From IMG/VR virus record IMGVR_UViG_3300034375_011295: a stretch of 34,865 nt of DNA, one strand, 5' to 3'. A program made the translations under genes and the position numbers. Below the pieces are notes generated by a model, which did no database searches, was not told where the DNA came from, and saw only the letters and a list, made by a program, of their open reading frames with translations. How positions within the stretch are numbered: position 1 is the first letter of the stretch; each line of letters begins with the position of its first letter. This stretch comes from a virus. Below, piece by piece: positions 16,484 through 24,320 of this stretch.

Positions 16484-17068
16484 TTAATTAAATCTTGAAT
16501 AAACATCTGTATCCATCCATTCCATTCCATCAGACATAGTTGGAGTTGTTTTAAATTGACTATTTTGTCTAAATTTTGAAAGATTACTTGCATAATCACT
16601 CATTCCAGCCGAATTATCACTTTGTACAGTTGTTGGGATCATAATACCTTGCTCGTTTGGAACTTGTACCACTTCTTGACCATCAGACATAGTCGGAGTA
16701 GCACTATAAATTCCATCTGCCAAAGAAGATGATCCAGCGATTGCAGGAAGAACTAATGGCTGATTCAATGAACTTGCCAAAGTTTTATTCCAGTAGTGTA
16801 AAATTTGCTCTCCACCAGCAAATGCTAATGTAGTTGTCCCAGCAGTTTTCCAACCTTTCCCATAGCAAACTGCCGAAACTAAAATTGCAGATGAAAGGGC
16901 AGGAATAGGACCAGATAAATCTACATTTTGACCAGCTTTGCTTAATCCATATTGAGTAATTCCAGCCAAGTTTTTACTTACCAGAACTGCCCCAATAGAT
17001 TGAGCAACTGTTTTTAATGTTGGACCTTTGAATATTTCAGATAGTCCGTTTGTCAATGCTTTTAACAT
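16484..17068 (-). CDS. Hydrophobic Gly/Ala/Ser-rich membrane protein with repeated TPTMSDG motifs (194 aa)
   Basis: Hydrophobic segments (SIGAVLVS, PALSSAILVSAVCYG, TTTLAFAGG). TPTMSDG occurs twice and GMSDY once. Two GLS sites. Confidence 0.7.
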   Translation of the reverse strand: MLKALTNGLSEIFKGPTLKTVAQSIGAVLVSKNLAGITQYGLSKAGQNVDLSGPIPALSSAILVSAVCYGKGWKTAGTTTLAFAGGEQILHYWNKTLASSLNQPLVLPAIAGSSSLADGIYSATPTMSDGQEVVQVPNEQGIMIPTTVQSDNSAGMSDYASNLSKFRQNSQFKTTPTMSDGMEWMDTDVYSRFN

Positions 17069-17085
17069 AAAAATCTCCTATTTCC

Positions 17086-17589
17086 TTATGAATATTGAGT
17101 ATAAACTGGAACTCCCATATTGTCATATCCAGTTATTGAGTAAAGTCTTCCGTTATTCTTGTTTTTATAAAGAACAGTTCCATTCGGTGTTCTCGAGTCT
17201 TGGATCATTTCACTTTGAGCAAATGAATCAGATAAACCACCAGATTTGTCTAATTGCATTTTCCCTAAATAACACAATCCACCTACAATTGCAGTTGTCA
17301 AAGGTCCAGTTTTGAAAATCATCCAAGAAGCTCCAGCACCAATTCCACCAATTAATAATGGATCAGCGTCATTGAATTTTCTCTTAACTTTCGTTACAAT
17401 TCCCTCTTTTTCCTTATCTACTTCTGGAACAACCTCTTTGATCTGTTCCTCTACTTTTTCAATTCCCTCGTCAATTTCTTTGTTTTTTTTGTTGATTAAA
17501 TCCCTGCCTTTGTCTAACCAGACATCAAGTATTCCACCATCAGAAAGCGAAATTGATTTTGGAATTGCACTTGTACCACTTACATACAT
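17086..17589 (-). CDS. Membrane protein, hypothetical (167 aa)
   Basis: Central helices LLIGGIGAGASWMIF and LTTAIVGGLCYLG, followed by SGGLSDS. Confidence 0.7.
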   Translation of the reverse strand: MYVSGTSAIPKSISLSDGGILDVWLDKGRDLINKKNKEIDEGIEKVEEQIKEVVPEVDKEKEGIVTKVKRKFNDADPLLIGGIGAGASWMIFKTGPLTTAIVGGLCYLGKMQLDKSGGLSDSFAQSEMIQDSRTPNGTVLYKNKNNGRLYSITGYDNMGVPVYTQYS

Positions 17590-17610
17590 AGCGTTTTCCT
17601 TTTAAATTTG

Positions 17611-19764
17611 TTAATACTCACAACAATTTCTTTCATACTCACATTCACAACAATAATTGCAATGATTTTCATAGCCCACATTATCATTGTTTTTTAAAAA
17701 ATTAATTTCCTCTCTTAATTCTTTTTCTCTTTGTTTTGCATCAGTCAAAGCCGATTTTAATTCATTTTCTCTTTCAGGACTAAAATTTTTAATCAGATCA
17801 TTTTCATATTTTAGATTTTCAGATCTTAATCTTTCAAGTTCCTCTGTCATAGATGAATTTTTATTATTTTGACTTCGCAAATCTTTAATTTCATTCTGCA
17901 AATTTTTATTTTTTTCTTGCAACTGACTTAATTCTCTAATAAAATTATCACAAGGTTCTGGCTCTTTTTGTGGCTCTACTGGAACACAATCAACAATAAA
18001 TCTCCAACCCTCGCCTAAATCAGCAATAAATTTATTTTCTGTTGTTTTTTTAGCTGGATAAGTTTTTCCTTTCCAGAAATAAACCAAGCCACCATTTTCA
18101 GATTTTTGAATACAACAAGGCAAATCATCAGTATTAACTTTCTCAATCGGTGGGGAAGTGTGAACACCCTCTGGACAAAGTATTGGTCTTGTTAGCCCAA
18201 CATTTTTAAAAATTTTACCATTTGCAAATTGGATATAATCTCCATCCACAATATAAGATCCACCAAAATCTTTTGCCATTGCGTTGTAATCAACATAATC
18301 TTCTGGTAAATAAATTGCTTGAGGGCAATTTTTATATTTTGCGTTGCAAAAAGCCAATTCGCCACAATCAAATTTTTTGCCAGTAACATCAATTTTATTT
18401 TTTGTCAAAGAACTTTTATTAACTTTTCTCAAATAATCAGTACCATTCAGCAATATAATTTCATAAACATTCCCATCTGGATCTGTGTAATAATCTTTAC
18501 CATCAACATAACTTTGCTTTAATTTTTGCCAAAGCCCAGACTTCATTGCATCAAATCTCCTTATCAAGTCATTTCCTTGAGAGCTACTGCTCCCAGAATT
18601 AGAAGACCCACCAGTACCAGAGGGATTTGAGGAGTTGCCTCCTGCACTACCTCCTTGAGTGCCACCACCAGTTGAGCTATTGCCACCAGTATTTGAATTG
18701 TTAGAACTTCCACCACCAGTATTTACATTATTTGTGATTTTTTCAATTTTGATTGGATAAATAACTATTTCAGTATTGATTTGGTCAATAGCATAAGTCT
18801 TATTATCCAGAGAATAATCAAACACTTGCATAATTGTAGCATTAGTACTGTTTTTTAACGGAGTAAAAAATCTGTCTTTTAACTCAATCCCATTTTCAGT
18901 TGTAATCTTATATTCTCCATCCCAAAGAGCATTTTTAAAAAAAAGAGTTTTTACATTTTTAATACCATTGTAAGATTGCATCTCTTTGATAAAATCTCCC
19001 AAGTTTGAAGTAGGAGTGCCTACTCGCATATAACTCATAACTTGTGGAGTAAATTTATAAATCAGTCCACCAAGTAAATTAGTCCATCTACCAGAATATG
19101 CCGATACATCATTGATATTTTTAACACCTGTTGGAATATTTAATCCTAATTTTGTACCGACACCAACACCGATTAAAGCAGTTGCAGGATCAACAATTAA
19201 TCCCATTTTCTTTGGCTCTAAAGTTGGAACTAAATTATAAATTGCATTATTTGAATAGCTTTTTATCCAATTTGAAATATTACCATTTGAAAAATCAACT
19301 GAATTTAATGTTGTTGATTTTGTTGTAAATCTTCCCCAAGTATCAAATATTTCAGCTCCATTACTTGCTTTTCTAAATCTAACATTAACATTTTTTAACT
19401 TGATTTTCCTTTCGGCAAAGAAAACACCACCAGTAAGAACATTTGAAAAGGCAAAATAAATTATGTCGTAAATAAAAGTATCTCTTGAACTGCCTTTTAC
19501 TACATTTATTGATGGAACTACTTTTATTGTCATAGTCCATTTGTCAAGAATTTTAGTTGTTTTGCTATCGTATTTATTTAAAAATTGAGTATTGATCCAT
19601 TTAGAGTTGTTTTTTCTGTCAAGAAAATAGCCACCAGTTGAAAATGGATAATTATTAGCATTATAGTAAGTGGATAAGCCCAAAGCATCCCACATACCAT
19701 TAATAAACTGATCAGATTGACCAGTAATTAATAAATTCCAATTTTCGTTTGGAGTGTTACCCAT
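17611..19764 (-). CDS. Large structural protein (717 aa): N-terminal globular half, G/S/N low-complexity linker, Cys-rich C-terminal half, coiled coil and a CC-rich tail
   Basis: Linker aa 345-398 (nt ~18571-18732). Coiled coil ~aa 608-693. The last 17 aa, HCNYCCECEYERNCCEY (nt 17614-17664), contain 6 Cys. Confidence 0.75.
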   Translation of the reverse strand: MGNTPNENWNLLITGQSDQFINGMWDALGLSTYYNANNYPFSTGGYFLDRKNNSKWINTQFLNKYDSKTTKILDKWTMTIKVVPSINVVKGSSRDTFIYDIIYFAFSNVLTGGVFFAERKIKLKNVNVRFRKASNGAEIFDTWGRFTTKSTTLNSVDFSNGNISNWIKSYSNNAIYNLVPTLEPKKMGLIVDPATALIGVGVGTKLGLNIPTGVKNINDVSAYSGRWTNLLGGLIYKFTPQVMSYMRVGTPTSNLGDFIKEMQSYNGIKNVKTLFFKNALWDGEYKITTENGIELKDRFFTPLKNSTNATIMQVFDYSLDNKTYAIDQINTEIVIYPIKIEKITNNVNTGGGSSNNSNTGGNSSTGGGTQGGSAGGNSSNPSGTGGSSNSGSSSSQGNDLIRRFDAMKSGLWQKLKQSYVDGKDYYTDPDGNVYEIILLNGTDYLRKVNKSSLTKNKIDVTGKKFDCGELAFCNAKYKNCPQAIYLPEDYVDYNAMAKDFGGSYIVDGDYIQFANGKIFKNVGLTRPILCPEGVHTSPPIEKVNTDDLPCCIQKSENGGLVYFWKGKTYPAKKTTENKFIADLGEGWRFIVDCVPVEPQKEPEPCDNFIRELSQLQEKNKNLQNEIKDLRSQNNKNSSMTEELERLRSENLKYENDLIKNFSPERENELKSALTDAKQREKELREEINFLKNNDNVGYENHCNYCCECEYERNCCEY

Positions 19765-20057
19765 TATTTATTCCATTCTTTTTGATAAGCAAAATATCCT
19801 AAAGTCGCTATGCCAAGCCCAATTAAATAAGGTGCATACTCTTTCAAATACGAACCTAATTCATATTTAGCTCCAGTTCCACAAACTCGAATAGTCGATT
19901 TTCCAACTGCCGAAAACATTGCATCTTCCAACGCATTAGTTTTACCCATTACCAGTTGAGAAGCCACTTTTTTTAAGTCAAGATTGCGTACTTCTTTGAA
20001 AACTTCCTCTTTTACAATTTGTTGAGTTAGTTTCGGCAAGTCTGAATATGATTCCAT
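19764..20057 (-). CDS. Tail-anchored small membrane protein (97 aa)
   Basis: C-terminal helix YAPYLIGLGIATLGYFAY followed by QKEWNK. Confidence 0.7.
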   Translation of the reverse strand: MESYSDLPKLTQQIVKEEVFKEVRNLDLKKVASQLVMGKTNALEDAMFSAVGKSTIRVCGTGAKYELGSYLKEYAPYLIGLGIATLGYFAYQKEWNK

Positions 20058-20060
20058 CTT

Positions 20061-20249
20061 TTACCCTAATTTAGCCAACTCTTTAGCTTGTAATCTACTC
20101 AAGATTGCTTCGCAAGTTTCTTTTGATCTCTTGCGAAATATTCTTTTCTTACCTTTAAAAATTGACCAGAACTCATTATAAGTTGGATCAGCTTTCAAAG
20201 TATAAACAGAATTTATTTCTGCTTTTTTTGTAGTTTTTGCTTTTGCCAT
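20061..20249 (-). CDS. Small basic protein, hypothetical (62 aa)
   Basis: Lys/Arg-rich ORF in the operon. Confidence 0.6.
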   Translation of the reverse strand: MAKAKTTKKAEINSVYTLKADPTYNEFWSIFKGKKRIFRKRSKETCEAILSRLQAKELAKLG

Positions 20250-20263
20250 TTTTCTACCTAATT

Positions 20264-21802
20264 TTAAAAAAGTTTATTTTTCTTTGCATACCATATACCT
20301 CCACCAACTGCTACTGCAATCCCCAGAGGCATCATTTTTCTTAAATTTGTGTCATAATCCCAATTATCTTGATAACCAATTACATCAGCACCAACTGACT
20401 TCTTAATTTCAATTGCAAATTTTTCTCTTTTGCCAATTGGAATTGTGTCTGGAAGAACAAAAGGAATTTTGTTACTGGCATATTTAGATGCTTGTTTTAT
20501 CAAAGCACTTAAAGTCATTTCATCAAAATTATCTTCTGGACCAACATAGCCAAATGATGAAGCTATTAATCCCACTAAATTATTTTGTGTCAATCTATTG
20601 TCAGATATTTCACGTTTTATTATTTCTGGAATTAGTTTATCTACTCCAATCACACCTTGCAAAATTGTTCCAGCACTTCCAGACTGAAATAAATTATTTA
20701 TTGCAGGAACTTGATAAACCGAAATGCTTTCTGAAAGTTCTGAAAGTAAATTTTCTCCTCCAGATCGCCCAGTCATTTTTCTTTTTAAGATTTCATTTGT
20801 ATAAGAACTAACCACACCAGAAAAAGTCTTATTTGCATTTGCTAAAGATCCATTGATTTTTCTTAAATCAACTACTTGATCAAATTTTCCAGAAGCAATA
20901 TTATTTAAGAACTTTATAGTTTCTGCTTTATCTACTCCAGTAATTGATGAAAATTGAGTTACTAAATTTCCAGCAAAATTTTGTTGGATCGACTCATAAC
21001 CAGTTTTTGCTTGATCAATATATTTTCCAAAAATCCAACCATCTTCCAACTTTCCAGTAATATCGTTTTTAATTTTACCCCACTTTGCAGTAGCTCCTTT
21101 CGTCCATTCAGGCAACAATATTTCAGAAGTCATTGCCAAAGATTTAAAAATATTATTGTTTTGAGCAGTTTTGTCGCCTTTTGACCAAATTTTTATTAAC
21201 GTTCCAGCTTGTTCGATAAACTTTGGATCAATATTCAAAGGTCCTGCAAAGGAACTCGCAATTGCTAAAGCATAGCCAAGCACATCTGTTAATGAATTTG
21301 CTTCCGAATAACTCCAATAAATAATTATTGGATTGTCGTGCTTTTCTCTATTATTTTCAATTTTTTCAAGAACTTCAAAGAAATTTTTATTATAATCTGG
21401 CTTTCTAAATTTCCAATTTCCAAAATATCCACCACTCACAACACCTTTATTAATCAATTTTGCCCTGTCTGTCCTTGTATTGTTGTTATTTCCCCAAATA
21501 TTTCTAATTGTTTGACCAACTTGAATAATAGGGCAGTTTGACCATAATTCTTTTGAGCTATTAAAACCTAACAATTCTCCTTTAAGCAAAGTTTTTGATT
21601 GTTTAGTATTTTCATCAGCAACTACAATTAAATTTCCAACTTTATCTTTAAACATTCCAAAACCAGTTGGGCTTTTTAAATTATCCGTTTTTTCATTATA
21701 AAAAAGAGCCGATCCATTTATCAAAGCCGAAGAATTTGCAGTCGTTATATCATAACAAACGTGCAATTCTTTTAAAGCCGACCAATGTTGAATGTTTTTC
21801 AT
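20264..21802 (-). CDS. Large tail-anchored protein, unknown function (512 aa)
   Basis: No P-loop or other recognisable motif. C-terminal helix MMPLGIAVAVGGGIWYA followed by KKNKLF. Confidence 0.75.
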   Translation of the reverse strand: MKNIQHWSALKELHVCYDITTANSSALINGSALFYNEKTDNLKSPTGFGMFKDKVGNLIVVADENTKQSKTLLKGELLGFNSSKELWSNCPIIQVGQTIRNIWGNNNNTRTDRAKLINKGVVSGGYFGNWKFRKPDYNKNFFEVLEKIENNREKHDNPIIIYWSYSEANSLTDVLGYALAIASSFAGPLNIDPKFIEQAGTLIKIWSKGDKTAQNNNIFKSLAMTSEILLPEWTKGATAKWGKIKNDITGKLEDGWIFGKYIDQAKTGYESIQQNFAGNLVTQFSSITGVDKAETIKFLNNIASGKFDQVVDLRKINGSLANANKTFSGVVSSYTNEILKRKMTGRSGGENLLSELSESISVYQVPAINNLFQSGSAGTILQGVIGVDKLIPEIIKREISDNRLTQNNLVGLIASSFGYVGPEDNFDEMTLSALIKQASKYASNKIPFVLPDTIPIGKREKFAIEIKKSVGADVIGYQDNWDYDTNLRKMMPLGIAVAVGGGIWYAKKNKLF

Positions 21803-21805
21803 TTT

Positions 21806-22639
21806 TTAATACCTTTCAGGGTACTTGTAAATTTTTTCTCCAGCAGTAATTGTTGAATATAATTGCTTATGACCTCGTCCATTTACTGCATCTGGCAAAG
21901 TGATTTTATCTTTTTCAAGAACTTCATCAACAACAACATTTTCATTTGGATTTTTTACACCTAATTGGTGCAATAATCTTTGAGTTACATCAATATTATT
22001 ACTTCCAGACTGACTATTTGAGTGTTGATTTCCAATATTTATATTAATTTCAGGCATACCTTTCCTTAATCCAGAGCATCTATTACAAGACCCTTTACAA
22101 GCACAAGGTTTATCTGACAAAGTTTTTAATTCTAATTCTGGCATTGGCGACCTATATAATTTTGTTCTATTTGCTTTTACTGTGTGATTAAAACCAGCAC
22201 TTTTCATTGTCGGATCTAAAACAATCCATCTACTTCCATCTTTTGCTTCCAAAACAATATGAGTAAATCTCAAATCTTTTGGATCTTTCCAAGAAATCAC
22301 TTTATATCTTGTCGTAATTCCATTAATTCTTAATAATGAAGAAATAAGTAAAACCATACTTTCACAATCTTCACAAGTTTTCTGCCCTGATATTAAGAGC
22401 CAAGGCGACGTAATATGCTCCATTCCTTTAGGATCATCACAAAAACTTACAGACTTCCAAACATAATCAAAGCACTTTTTAATTGTATCAGATCTTGAAC
22501 TGCCTCTCAACTCGTTAGCTTTTTTTTTTACTATTGGATTGTTTGTAGCCACTTGATCAATAGAATATATTTCTCTAATTATTTGATCAATCAATCCATC
22601 GTGATTTTTAGCAGTTATATTTCTTGATTTTGACTTCAT
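21806..22639 (-). CDS. Transglutaminase-like (papain-fold) cysteine protease superfamily protein (277 aa)
   Basis: Core KTCEDCESMVLLISSLLRINGITTRYKVISW ... FTHIVLEAKDGSRWIVLDPT matches the Cys / His / Asp order and spacing of transglutaminase-like domains. A Cys cluster (CACKGSCNRCSG) lies in the C-terminal third of the protein (aa ~179-190). Confidence 0.6.
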   Translation of the reverse strand: MKSKSRNITAKNHDGLIDQIIREIYSIDQVATNNPIVKKKANELRGSSRSDTIKKCFDYVWKSVSFCDDPKGMEHITSPWLLISGQKTCEDCESMVLLISSLLRINGITTRYKVISWKDPKDLRFTHIVLEAKDGSRWIVLDPTMKSAGFNHTVKANRTKLYRSPMPELELKTLSDKPCACKGSCNRCSGLRKGMPEININIGNQHSNSQSGSNNIDVTQRLLHQLGVKNPNENVVVDEVLEKDKITLPDAVNGRGHKQLYSTITAGEKIYKYPERY

Positions 22640-22845
22640 TATTTAGCAAGTTGATTATTCGGAGCAGTTACAGTCGTTGCAAATGTATAAAGCCCTCCAG
22701 TTGTTTGCATAATTCCTAAAACTGCCAACGTCTTCCACCAACCATTTTTTTTCCAATTCTTAATTCCATAATGAGAAGCAACACCACCAATTCCAGTAGC
22801 AACTGTTGAATAAGCAATTTTTTGATTTTTTGTTAATTCAGTCAT
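22639..22845 (-). CDS. Two-TM small membrane protein (68 aa)
   Basis: Helices AYSTVATGIGGVASHYGI and WWKTLAVLGIMQTTGGLYTFATTV. Confidence 0.65.
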   Translation of the reverse strand: MTELTKNQKIAYSTVATGIGGVASHYGIKNWKKNGWWKTLAVLGIMQTTGGLYTFATTVTAPNNQLAK

Positions 22846-22849
22846 TTTC

Positions 22850-23479
22850 TTAACCTTTTAAAATTTTCGCAGAAGTATTTATTTGAGTTAAGGCATAAAC
22901 TCCTAATCCTACAAATGCAGTAATTACTATTGCTTTTCCAGTCCAAGTTGGCAATCCAATTGCCGAAAATAAATTTGAATCTGGATCTTGACTTTTTGAA
23001 CTATTTTTGTATTCATCTGGAATAGAGTTGTTTTTTAAATACAATGAATTATTTGATGGTCTTAATATTCCGTCAAATTTTATAGTTCCATCTTTTGTAT
23101 AATAATACAATTGATCCAAAACTCTTTTTGTCAATTTTGGATTAAATCCACTTCCTTGACTTACTTTATCTACAACATTACTTTGTTGCTCTTTAGTCAA
23201 TTTGCTTAAATCATAAATAGGAATTTCTTTTTTTACTACTAAATTTCCATAAGTATTTACAATCGATGCTACTTCTCGCCAATCGATTGATCCAGATACC
23301 CAATTCCAGATCCCATCATTCCAATTTAAAGCAGTAACCAGATGAGCAATTGTTCTTTCGTAGTAAGAATTTGCAATTACTCCCCAAAAAAAAAGAGTTT
23401 GTTGCCAGAAATCTTGCTCCAAAGGAGGAACTACTTTGTCCGACAATCCCATTGAGATATTATTTGCATCTCTATACAT
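22850..23479 (-). CDS. Tail-anchored protein, unknown function (209 aa)
   Basis: SMGLSDK at aa 9-15. C-terminal helix AIVITAFVGLGVYALTQI. Confidence 0.7.
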   Translation of the reverse strand: MYRDANNISMGLSDKVVPPLEQDFWQQTLFFWGVIANSYYERTIAHLVTALNWNDGIWNWVSGSIDWREVASIVNTYGNLVVKKEIPIYDLSKLTKEQQSNVVDKVSQGSGFNPKLTKRVLDQLYYYTKDGTIKFDGILRPSNNSLYLKNNSIPDEYKNSSKSQDPDSNLFSAIGLPTWTGKAIVITAFVGLGVYALTQINTSAKILKG

Positions 23480-23670
23480 TATTTTCTTTTCTTTTTCATT
23501 TTCTTACCAGCTATAAAGCCACCAACACCAACACCAGCCAGTAATAACCAATTTTTCCAATCGCCACCAGCCATTGAATTTTGATTAAAAGTGCCTACAT
23601 TTGAGTTTGGAGTTGGACCTCCAGAAGTGCTACTTGCAGGAGCATCGGACATTCCACCACAACAAGACAT
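23479..23670 (-). CDS. Tail-anchored small protein (63 aa)
   Basis: N-terminus MSCCGGMSDAP. C-terminal helix WLLLAGVGVGGFIAG followed by KKMKKKRK. Confidence 0.65.
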   Translation of the reverse strand: MSCCGGMSDAPASSTSGGPTPNSNVGTFNQNSMAGGDWKNWLLLAGVGVGGFIAGKKMKKKRK

Positions 23671-23672
23671 AA

Positions 23673-23786
23673 CTATTTCCTTTTAAATTTTTTTAATATA
23701 TCTTTAGGTAATAATTTCCTTAATTGGTACTCCTCATTGCGTTTGCTTTTCAATAAAGGATCTTTGCCAATTTTTCTCATTGACAT
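23673..23786 (-). CDS. Small basic protein (37 aa), below the ORF-track cutoff; first gene of the minus-strand arm
   Basis: Hand translation gives MSMRKIGKDPLLKSKRNEEYQLRKLLPKDILKKFKRK. RBS AAGGA lies 5 nt upstream. Its stop is 2 nt before the next start. Confidence 0.45.
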   Translation of the reverse strand: MSMRKIGKDPLLKSKRNEEYQLRKLLPKDILKKFKRK

Positions 23787-23837
23787 AAATTCCTTATCTG
23801 AATAACTAACTACTTCATTAAGCATAACAATACCTAC

Positions 23838-23866
23838 TATATAAGACACTCATTTTTAATTGTCAT
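23838..23866 (-). promoter_or_regulatory. Possible sigma70-style promoter for the minus-strand arm (ATGACA-N17-TATATA)
   Basis: On the minus strand, ATGACA (23866-23861), a 17-nt spacer, then TATATA (23843-23838), about 50 nt upstream of the 23786 start. Weak, because AT-rich DNA gives many such matches. Confidence 0.25.
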
Positions 23867-24120
23867 ACTTCGGATTGCTCTAATTCGTTCAAAATATTGG
23901 GATTTATAAGAAGTGGACTAACTGAATTTTTTGAAAATTTTAAAACAGAGTCGTAAAAAGATTTGAAATTTTTGCAGGAGAATCCAAGTTTTATATTTTT
24001 AGATCTTGCAGTCGAATAGATTAATTTTGATATTTGATAAAGAGAAGAGTCTGGATTTCTTTCCCAGAGTAATTGAATTGCTTGAATTGTGATGATTTTT
24101 TTTTCGTGAAGTTTTTTCAT
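23863..24120 (-). CDS. Small protein in the control region, possible regulator (85 aa from the ATG at 24120)
   Basis: The track ORF starts at a TTG at 24159. The ATG at 24120 gives MKKLHEKKIITIQAIQLLWERNPDSSLYQISKLIY... The GGTGCA repeats abut this start. The function is a guess. Confidence 0.45.
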   Translation of the reverse strand: MKKLHEKKIITIQAIQLLWERNPDSSLYQISKLIYSTARSKNIKLGFSCKNFKSFYDSVLKFSKNSVSPLLINPNILNELEQSEV

Positions 24121-24139
24121 TGGTGCATTTTTGGTGCAT
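24121..24139. repeat. Operator-like direct repeat TGGTGCATTTTTGGTGCAT (GTGCA cores 11 nt apart)
   Basis: Read directly. A 17/19 match recurs at 24363-24381. Confidence 0.7.
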
Positions 24140-24320
24140 TGTAAAACAACAATGTACAAATATACTACATTTACAAAGAAAAATCCAACAACTACGGATC
24201 AGAAAGTTTGGTGTTCAAATCCTTTTGTGTGTACTAAAAATAACTTATTATTTTTCAGTTAGTTCATTGAAAATATTATGTTTGCAAACAATCGTGGGTA
24301 AATTGCTTCAATATAGTTAA

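Noticed and set aside
17028-21849. Series of plus-strand ORFs (17028-17315, 17312-17605, 17687-17872, 18319-18522, 19131-19328, 20488-20811, 20981-21184, 21338-21541, 21667-21849), and similarly 2018-2239, 6170-6388, 9019-9264, 13091-13333 and 23350-23544
   Set aside because: All are embedded antisense in long, well-supported minus-strand genes. They lack RBS motifs and translate to Leu/Phe/Ser/Ile-rich low-complexity strings.
23838-23866. Treating ATGACA-N17-TATATA as a confident late promoter
   Set aside because: Such matches are frequent by chance in AT-rich DNA. The plus-strand promoters also follow a different (TTTG/TAnnTTTG) logic. It is retained only as a low-confidence feature.
24210-24222. 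GGTGTTCAAATCC, reminiscent of a tRNA T-arm (GGTTCAAATCC)
   Set aside because: Flanking bases cannot form a T stem (tggtg against ccttt). No acceptor, D or anticodon arms could be folded from the surrounding ~90 nt, so it is not a tRNA.
24120-24320. 66-aa plus-strand ORF in the control region
   Set aside because: It starts inside the GGTGCA repeat, has no RBS and an implausible composition. The region is better explained as regulatory DNA.
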